The notes under the pieces were generated by a model that ran no database searches, was not told the DNA's origin, and was given only the letters and a program-made list of their open reading frames with translations. A stretch of DNA of 64,000 nucleotides from a virus (taxonomy: Duplodnaviria; Caudoviricetes), in IMG/VR virus record IMGVR_UViG_3300045594_000343, positions 3,370 to 67,369 of that record; one strand, 5' to 3'. This document shows positions 57,569 through 64,000 of the stretch, piece by piece; positions within the stretch are counted from its first letter, which is position 1, and each line of letters opens with the position of its first letter. Made by a program: the position numbers and the translations under genes.

Positions 57569-57582
57569 AATAATTCCTCCAA

Positions 57583-59820
57583 TTAGAATCTTATTGTCAT
57601 AACATAAGTTTCCCTATTTGGCGTTAATGCACCCACCTGAAGAACGTTGTTACCCGTTATAGCAGTATTTCCTGCTCCATGGGTCAATGAATGGTCTCCT
57701 AAAGTATATGCTGTTACTGTTGGCATTGGAGATAATGCAACGTCTCCATCACCTTCAGCAGACTCAGTATACCATGTCTTTGTGCTTGTAAATGCATGGT
57801 CTTTATCATATACAACTGTTATTATTGAAGATGTAACATAACTCATCGCAACCTTAAATGTTGCAGTTGTATATTCAACTCCAGCAGGAACAGTAATTAC
57901 AACATTATTCGTAGTATAACTTACAGTTATACCATCACCATTACCATACCATATGATATTTCCATCTGCACTAGCATACCATTTGTAAGCCCCACCACCA
58001 GTACTTTCAGAAGTACCTGCAATAACACGACCATATTTATCTGTTGTCACTTTTGTGTATGTACCTGCCACACCAACAGAAGGTAAGAGATTATCATCTA
58101 ATGTACCACTTGTATTTTTATAAACCAATGTAGTCGGAACGTTTCCAATGGAAGCCCAATCGGTTGTAATAATAGAAGGGTCATATTTACCAATCATATA
58201 TGCAGTTTGTGTTCCGAACACCAACGTGGAATCTGCCGCTGCTTCTTCTGCTGTTACAGTAACAATATAGTAAATTCTATAATTGTTCATAATTGTTTTT
58301 GTGTTATCGTTTTTCATTGAATCTGGAACCACAAAATACAATCTACTAGTCAAAGCATTTGCTGCTAATTTTTGTGCAAAATCACTCGTTGAAGTTAATG
58401 CAATTACCTGTCCATTAGGCAATGCCACTGATAAATATTTCGGGTCTATTTTTGCATCACCATTCAAAGGAACATATCCGCTTGCAGCGCCACGGTTTGC
58501 AACATTTTCAGGAACATATGAAAGTTTATCTTGTTTATTTGAATATGTTGTAATTTGGTCATCTGTAATAAATCTATGATTTGCATCTGTAACCACATTA
58601 GCAGCTTTAATTGTTTGCATTAAAGAATCAACCTGAATTTGGGTATACACATCAGCAGAGTTGGCTTTTTTATCAATCTCAGCCTGTAAAGCAGAAGTAT
58701 CTGTTGCCGTACCAACTTTAGAATCAACATATGATTTAACATATGAAACCATATGACTTTCAGGAATCAACTGTGTATCATCAAAACTACCGCTTGTATC
58801 TGTTTGATACATTTTTGGAGCAGTAATATTTGAAGAAGCAGAAACAACACCATTTAATTTAATTGTTTTTGCAGTTAAATCAATCTCACCTTTATCGCCC
58901 ACCGCAGTAGCAACAACTTTTGCACTAGTCGTTCCGTTTGAATTTAATTCAATATCTGTTGTTAATCCATTTGCATTAACAATATAATCTGATTCTTCAG
59001 TGCCGTTTACTAATACCGTCGTAGAAGCTTTTTTTGTTGCAGTCATATTTACGTCATTAGTTACATTAACACCTGACAAAGATTTTGTTTCTACAACATC
59101 ATTAGAGCTAGAAGCTTTTACATCACTTGCCGTAATCTTGTTAGCTGAAGAAACATTTGACTTATATACAGGAGCATCAGCTTTTACTGCAATATCAATA
59201 CCATTTTCATCCAAAATATATTGATTACTTCCTGGAGTAATCGTTGTTTTTTTCAAAACAGTATTTCCGTCAACAGCAAAATTCCCTGTTATTTCACCAC
59301 CGGCAATTGGTAGTTTATCAGAAGAACTTCCAATATTTGCAACAGCTTTTTTAATTTCACTTGATACATATGCCAAAAACTTTTCATCTCTAACATATAG
59401 GTCAATATTTCTAGCACCATCAACTATAGAACTAGAAAAACCATCCGATGTCGTTGGAAGTGATGTAAAACCATTTTCAGAAGTCAATCGTCCAACCATT
59501 CCAACTTGATGTTCCTCATCAACGTATGGCGCAAAAACAGCCGTTCCACTTGTATGTGTCTCCCCATAATTAACAATCAAGTCTAATTGTTTTTTATCAC
59601 TAGTAAATGCACATGTTGAAATAACATATCTACAAAGTTGCGATGTTGCATCATCAACGCAATAACCATTTAAAAAAATTATATCTCCCACTTTAACATC
59701 TGTTAAGTGAAAATCATTAACGCTAGTAAATTTTGCTTGTATACTCCATGAAGTAGCAGGGGAATCAACCCCTGCATCTTTCACGGAAGTAAGTACAAGC
59801 TGTCCATTAAACAACTTCAT
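57583..59820 (-). CDS. Putative tail fibre/virion protein
   Basis: T/S/A/V-rich; DKLPIAGGEITG, AGTYTKVTTDKYGRVIAG and YTQ.QVD.L fibre motifs. Confidence 0.65.
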   Translation of the reverse strand: MKLFNGQLVLTSVKDAGVDSPATSWSIQAKFTSVNDFHLTDVKVGDIIFLNGYCVDDATSQLCRYVISTCAFTSDKKQLDLIVNYGETHTSGTAVFAPYVDEEHQVGMVGRLTSENGFTSLPTTSDGFSSSIVDGARNIDLYVRDEKFLAYVSSEIKKAVANIGSSSDKLPIAGGEITGNFAVDGNTVLKKTTITPGSNQYILDENGIDIAVKADAPVYKSNVSSANKITASDVKASSSNDVVETKSLSGVNVTNDVNMTATKKASTTVLVNGTEESDYIVNANGLTTDIELNSNGTTSAKVVATAVGDKGEIDLTAKTIKLNGVVSASSNITAPKMYQTDTSGSFDDTQLIPESHMVSYVKSYVDSKVGTATDTSALQAEIDKKANSADVYTQIQVDSLMQTIKAANVVTDANHRFITDDQITTYSNKQDKLSYVPENVANRGAASGYVPLNGDAKIDPKYLSVALPNGQVIALTSTSDFAQKLAANALTSRLYFVVPDSMKNDNTKTIMNNYRIYYIVTVTAEEAAADSTLVFGTQTAYMIGKYDPSIITTDWASIGNVPTTLVYKNTSGTLDDNLLPSVGVAGTYTKVTTDKYGRVIAGTSESTGGGAYKWYASADGNIIWYGNGDGITVSYTTNNVVITVPAGVEYTTATFKVAMSYVTSSIITVVYDKDHAFTSTKTWYTESAEGDGDVALSPMPTVTAYTLGDHSLTHGAGNTAITGNNVLQVGALTPNRETYVMTIRF

Positions 59821-59837
59821 CTTATAAATCCCTCCTA

Positions 59838-62768
59838 TTAATATACCATTTTAACTCTCATACCATATCCCGTCTGAATTGCTCTGATTTCATAGGTCAT
59901 TGGATTATCAATGTCATATTTAACACTTGTGGTTTTGAAGTTATAATTACCATCAATTGCATAATAGCCAACAATAGGCATATGTCCTTTGAATGTATCC
60001 CACGTATATGTTGAACCGTCTGAATTAATCATATCAACGTGTAACAAAATTGCTTGTCCAATATCAGTTGCACTCAAATCAAATTGAATTGAATAGATTT
60101 GTGCCGTTGGGTCAATAGTCAATCTAACTTTGTTGCCATTCACTTCATATTTAACAGCATTTGCTTTATTTGCACGAACAATACAGTTTTCTCCACCAGT
60201 TGCATCAGCATGATACTCTAAGATACCTGAACCACCAGAAGAACTAGTCATATCAACGTATTCTAATTTTCCGTTTCCGTTATATGCCAACACACGACCT
60301 TGTTTCTGATTTGTATTATCAATATCAATCAAATTCTGAGGTAATGCGCTATAAACCAATTTCGTTCCATTATAAGTTAATACTTTTCCTGTGCCAATTG
60401 AAGATTCATCAATCGTTACAGTACCAACTTTATCAGAACTTGCACTTGTAGCAGGTGCTTTATAAGTGAGTTTCTTGGAAGCAGAATCATACGTCAAAAC
60501 ATAACCATCTTTAATAGCTGTTGGCTCATCTACTTCAATTGAACCCAATTTATAATAATTTACTGGTTCTGTAGTACCGCTAGAGCTAATGGTTTTATAT
60601 TTTAATTGATTGTATGTCGCATCAAAATAAAGAACCATTCCATCTGCCATACCAGTTTCATTAACATTATAAGAACCAACCTGTACGGCAGGATGTAATC
60701 TAGAATCAGTGTTATCTAATTTTGTTGCTAATTGTGTGGTTAATGTAGCTGGAGTTACATATTTATCATCATGATTATGGTTAGTATCAGATTTATTAAC
60801 CAACAAGTTATTTACTTCAGTCTTAGTATAAACGCTTCCCGTTGTACCGGTTTTAGCATAATCAGTCAATTTAGTTAAATCAGGATTAAACGTAGTCGGT
60901 TTATTGGTTACATTAGCCCAATCCAAAACAACATCCAAACCTTCTTGTTCTGCCGTTTTTACCCATGATTTAGTAGCTGCTTCATACATATACTGCGCCC
61001 AACCACTCTTAACCGTAGTATCTGCTGTTGCATCTTTTACAAACACAACCTGTGCATCAGTTGCAGTTAAAGCCGTCATATCTGCATAAGTATTAACAAT
61101 CTTGACACCTTGTGCGCCAACACTTCCCATAACAGGTAATTGACTGAGCGGAACTTTACCAGTTGAATCCAATGAAGCATATCCATTCGCAACTGCCTTG
61201 TTTGCAACATTTTCTGCCGTATATCCTAAAGCATTTGCCTTATTATTCCATGCAGTAATTTCATCATCCGTTACAAAACGATGAGTGGAATCCTGAGAAA
61301 TATCACCAGCCGTATGTCCGTGATTTATATCAGCTTTATCCGTTAACAACAGATTAACGTCTGCTTTTGTATAATATTTCGTTGTATCTAATGCACTTCC
61401 GCTATTAATTGTAGCGATTTTAGTATCCATTTCTGTTTTACTATATACATTAGAAATATCTGCTTTCGTATCAATCTTAGTAGATAAATTATCCGTAATA
61501 GTTTTTTCGTTTACAAATTTTGCATCAATTGCATCTTTCGTATATTCAGAATCAGCAAGTTTCTGAAGCAATGCATCAACCTCTTTGGCAGTATAATAAC
61601 CCGTCAAATCAGCACTTCCGCTACCGCCACCGCCACAATTACATTTATGGTCTGCAAACAGTTTATCAATTTCGGTCTTAGAGTAAATCTGTGACAATTT
61701 TTCTTCAATTTCAACTCTAGTATAAACCGCACTTGCATTGGCTTTCAAATTCAAAATTCTATTAAGCTGGTCTTTTGTATACCCACCTGACAAATCAAAA
61801 TCTGCACGTGTAACGAAAATATTTTCAGCATCAGATTTAGAATACACATCATCTGCATTTGCTTTTGAAACAATTTTCTTATCTACGTCTTCACTAGTAA
61901 CAAACTTTGCTAAATCAGCTTTATCTGCTTTTTGGTCAATCTTTGCCAATCTCGGGTCATTCGTTCCTACTGCGATTGGTTCACTTGCATTTACAGGGTC
62001 TACAGATAATTTCGTTAAACCTGCCGTATAAGCCGTTGCCATATCGAATGTATCCGTATCCATTCCAAACGGATGCCACGTAGAACCATCATTTGTATAT
62101 TCCCACTTATCGCCGTCTTCATTATAACGTAAGCCAACTTCTGGTAAAGAACCACGATTAACACGAATACCACAATATTCAACAGGAACACCTGAATCAT
62201 CTTTATTTAACGTAAAGTTTGCTGCATTTGTTCCATCAGAATCAGCTTTTTCTGCTAAAAGGTTTTGTGCTTCTGAAACGTCTAATTTTTCAGTTAATTT
62301 ATCATTCAATCCAGTAATTGATTGCATTGGATGACAATCAACAGCATCTCTTCCTTGAAGCTGATTGTGCTTTAACGGATAACCACCAGCAGCAAATACT
62401 GGTCTTGCATCAAAAATCATATCATTTGTAATTAACTTCGTTGAAGATTTTACAAATACAAATGCAATAGGCAATACGTTTTTGTCAACTTCAGGTGGTT
62501 CAGGATTATTAGGCATAACAATACCATTAAATAAAACTGGAGTACCTAATTTATTAATAGCAATCAATACCCATTTTGCCCCACTTACAGGAGCTTCAAT
62601 TTTTGGAGAAGCACCCCCAGCATATTCGACAAATGTTGTATTGTTAACCCAAAATGAACCTTGATTAATTTTTACAGTCATATTTGGAGTATCTTGCGCT
62701 GACGGCTGGAACATTACATGTGCGTACTGTCCACGTCTAAACGCATCTCCCCTTGGTGGTCTATTCAC
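59838..62768 (-). CDS. Large repetitive tail fibre/virion protein
   Basis: Many Y[TS]K.E[VI]..LL..KAD repeats, H.HTA.DI, four VL.Y...KL.Y repeats. GTG start is likely after GAGGTG. Confidence 0.7.
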   Translation of the reverse strand: MNRPPRGDAFRRGQYAHVMFQPSAQDTPNMTVKINQGSFWVNNTTFVEYAGGASPKIEAPVSGAKWVLIAINKLGTPVLFNGIVMPNNPEPPEVDKNVLPIAFVFVKSSTKLITNDMIFDARPVFAAGGYPLKHNQLQGRDAVDCHPMQSITGLNDKLTEKLDVSEAQNLLAEKADSDGTNAANFTLNKDDSGVPVEYCGIRVNRGSLPEVGLRYNEDGDKWEYTNDGSTWHPFGMDTDTFDMATAYTAGLTKLSVDPVNASEPIAVGTNDPRLAKIDQKADKADLAKFVTSEDVDKKIVSKANADDVYSKSDAENIFVTRADFDLSGGYTKDQLNRILNLKANASAVYTRVEIEEKLSQIYSKTEIDKLFADHKCNCGGGGSGSADLTGYYTAKEVDALLQKLADSEYTKDAIDAKFVNEKTITDNLSTKIDTKADISNVYSKTEMDTKIATINSGSALDTTKYYTKADVNLLLTDKADINHGHTAGDISQDSTHRFVTDDEITAWNNKANALGYTAENVANKAVANGYASLDSTGKVPLSQLPVMGSVGAQGVKIVNTYADMTALTATDAQVVFVKDATADTTVKSGWAQYMYEAATKSWVKTAEQEGLDVVLDWANVTNKPTTFNPDLTKLTDYAKTGTTGSVYTKTEVNNLLVNKSDTNHNHDDKYVTPATLTTQLATKLDNTDSRLHPAVQVGSYNVNETGMADGMVLYFDATYNQLKYKTISSSGTTEPVNYYKLGSIEVDEPTAIKDGYVLTYDSASKKLTYKAPATSASSDKVGTVTIDESSIGTGKVLTYNGTKLVYSALPQNLIDIDNTNQKQGRVLAYNGNGKLEYVDMTSSSGGSGILEYHADATGGENCIVRANKANAVKYEVNGNKVRLTIDPTAQIYSIQFDLSATDIGQAILLHVDMINSDGSTYTWDTFKGHMPIVGYYAIDGNYNFKTTSVKYDIDNPMTYEIRAIQTGYGMRVKMVY

Positions 62769-62904
62769 ATTTATCACCTCAATCTTTATTAGTGTGAAAA
62801 ACAAAAATATTATTATTTTTATCTATTTATGAAATAATTTAACTCAACCTTTATATATTCATTATGCTATCTAACAATTTTATAATGAATGTATTTTTAA
62901 ATAT

Positions 62905-62936
62905 AAAAAAAACAGCACTTAATTCGTGCTGTTTTT
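62905..62936. terminator. Intrinsic terminator after the polymerase gene
   Basis: aaaaaaaacagcac-ttaattc-gtgctgttttt. Confidence 0.8.
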
Positions 62937-64000
62937 GTATGTTGATGCACACAAGTCAATGGTATCAACAGTAATTCCACCAAAACCTTTTCTACCAGTA
63001 ACTTTCACAATAGCATTAACAAAAATTTCTTTCTTATTTCTTTGATAAATATTATCCCAAACAGTTAATCGTATCGTTTCTCTAGGAGTTTGAATCACAA
63101 CATTTTTGAAATCTTTTCCTTTTTTTGTCTGACGATTAATAATGTTTGTAATAATACCTGCTGTCCTTGTTATTTTTCCATCAGGTATGCTATCAAATGG
63201 AGGAAGATTCTTTAATTTATCCTCTAGCGGATGTGGAATAAATGTTAATGCAAATTTTTCCATTTCTTTCAGATATTGGGATATTTTATTTTCTTTTAAA
63301 TTAACAATATCATCATATGCTTTTTCAAAAGCTATTTCCTCTTTCGTTAATTTAATTTCTGCTTTTTCTTCTTTCAATATTCCTTTAGGTTTTTTTCTAG
63401 TCTTATAAGATAAAACCGCATCTTCCTTAAATCCGAATTGCTCTAGCATTGGTGATGGTATAACTAATGTACCATCTTTTTCATAAATTAAATCATCACC
63501 GAATTCTTCTAAATATTTACCCTTAATCAAATCTTGGGGTATTGCATAATTCGGAACAGCTTTACTGCTCTTACATTCTAAATATTGCTTATACCAAAGC
63601 TCTTGTTGCTCACGATTCATATAAACAGCAACCGTATTTTCATCGTGTTGTTTAATCGTTAATGTTCCAATATCCTCATAATCAATAAGATTTTGGTTCA
63701 CAATTAATGCAATGTTTTCAAATGCACCAATATCAATTCCAGCTTCAACGACAGCTTTTCCACCGCCTTTTCCACCTTTATTCTTTAAGAAAAATTCTTG
63801 AAAATTAGCGAATGGTTGATTTGGCACTAAATCTTCAACTGCCTTTTCTCCAATTCCTTTTACGCATTTCAAGCCCATACGAATGACATTATTATCTATA
63901 TCTTCAATTATAGATTCATACTTTGATTTTGAAATATCAGGTGGAGCAATTACAATGCCGTGTCGTTTTGCTTCTTTCATACATTCTTGTAAACTATCAA
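62919..64000 (-). CDS. dnaE: DNA polymerase III alpha-type subunit, C-terminal part (truncated by window edge)
   Basis: EAKRHGI.IAPPDISKS, IRMGLKCVKGIGEKAV, PFANFQEF; OB fold AGIIT.I...QTKKGK. Frame is open to the window end. Confidence 0.85.
   Translation of the reverse strand, partial: DSLQECMKEAKRHGIVIAPPDISKSKYESIIEDIDNNVIRMGLKCVKGIGEKAVEDLVPNQPFANFQEFFLKNKGGKGGGKAVVEAGIDIGAFENIALIVNQNLIDYEDIGTLTIKQHDENTVAVYMNREQQELWYKQYLECKSSKAVPNYAIPQDLIKGKYLEEFGDDLIYEKDGTLVIPSPMLEQFGFKEDAVLSYKTRKKPKGILKEEKAEIKLTKEEIAFEKAYDDIVNLKENKISQYLKEMEKFALTFIPHPLEDKLKNLPPFDSIPDGKITRTAGIITNIINRQTKKGKDFKNVVIQTPRETIRLTVWDNIYQRNKKEIFVNAIVKVTGRKGFGGITVDTIDLCASTYKNSTN

Noticed and set aside
1560-63408. Numerous opposite-strand or nested ORFs in the track (e.g. 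1560..1955, 7693..8013, 19408..20106, 23448..23768, 25688..26077)
   Set aside because: They are shadows of well-supported genes, with no RBS and no recognisable motifs.
1-64000. Stop-codon reassignment as seen in some large gut phages
   Set aside because: Long conserved genes are intact under code 11, and TAG/TGA end genes directly before the next RBS or start (e.g. 23497, 12134, 20766).
1-64000. tRNA, rRNA or tmRNA genes
   Set aside because: I saw no T-loop/anticodon-arm pattern in the short intergenic spaces. A tRNAscan-SE run would be needed to exclude them fully.

Overview
A 64-kb, very AT-rich, gene-dense segment of a large lytic-type tailed dsDNA phage read in the standard genetic code, with most genes on the minus strand. 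It is not a bacterial chromosome. It carries replication, recombination and nucleotide genes: DnaE-type polymerase C-terminus, primase, gp32-like SSB, SbcC/SbcD, RuvC-like resolvase, SF2 helicase, RecA, ThyX, NrdG, PhoH, an adenine methyltransferase and HD/HAD nucleotidases. These are interleaved with tail-fibre/virion genes, two holin-like genes and many small early genes under consensus sigma70/sigmaA promoters. Extended -10 promoters and exported LPP20-like proteins suggest a Bacillota host, possibly Negativicutes (inference). Main highlights: (1) recA is split by a 401-nt ORF-less group I intron (32584-32984) with P/Q/R/S, P1 and P10 all readable; (2) a protein with ~32 Cys in C-[Q/E] repeats and a separate radical SAM/SPASM enzyme form a candidate phage peptide-modification system; (3) an NGN-only NusG paralogue; (4) a TAGT/GREB1-like glycosyltransferase that suggests DNA hypermodification; (5) several enzyme folds with eroded active sites (CCA-adding, NADAR, SprT-like); (6) a recurring terminator-fused TATAAT element with no -35 box in front of replication genes. 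I found no tRNA, rRNA, CRISPR array, integrase or reverse transcriptase. All family assignments come from motif recognition by eye, not database searches.
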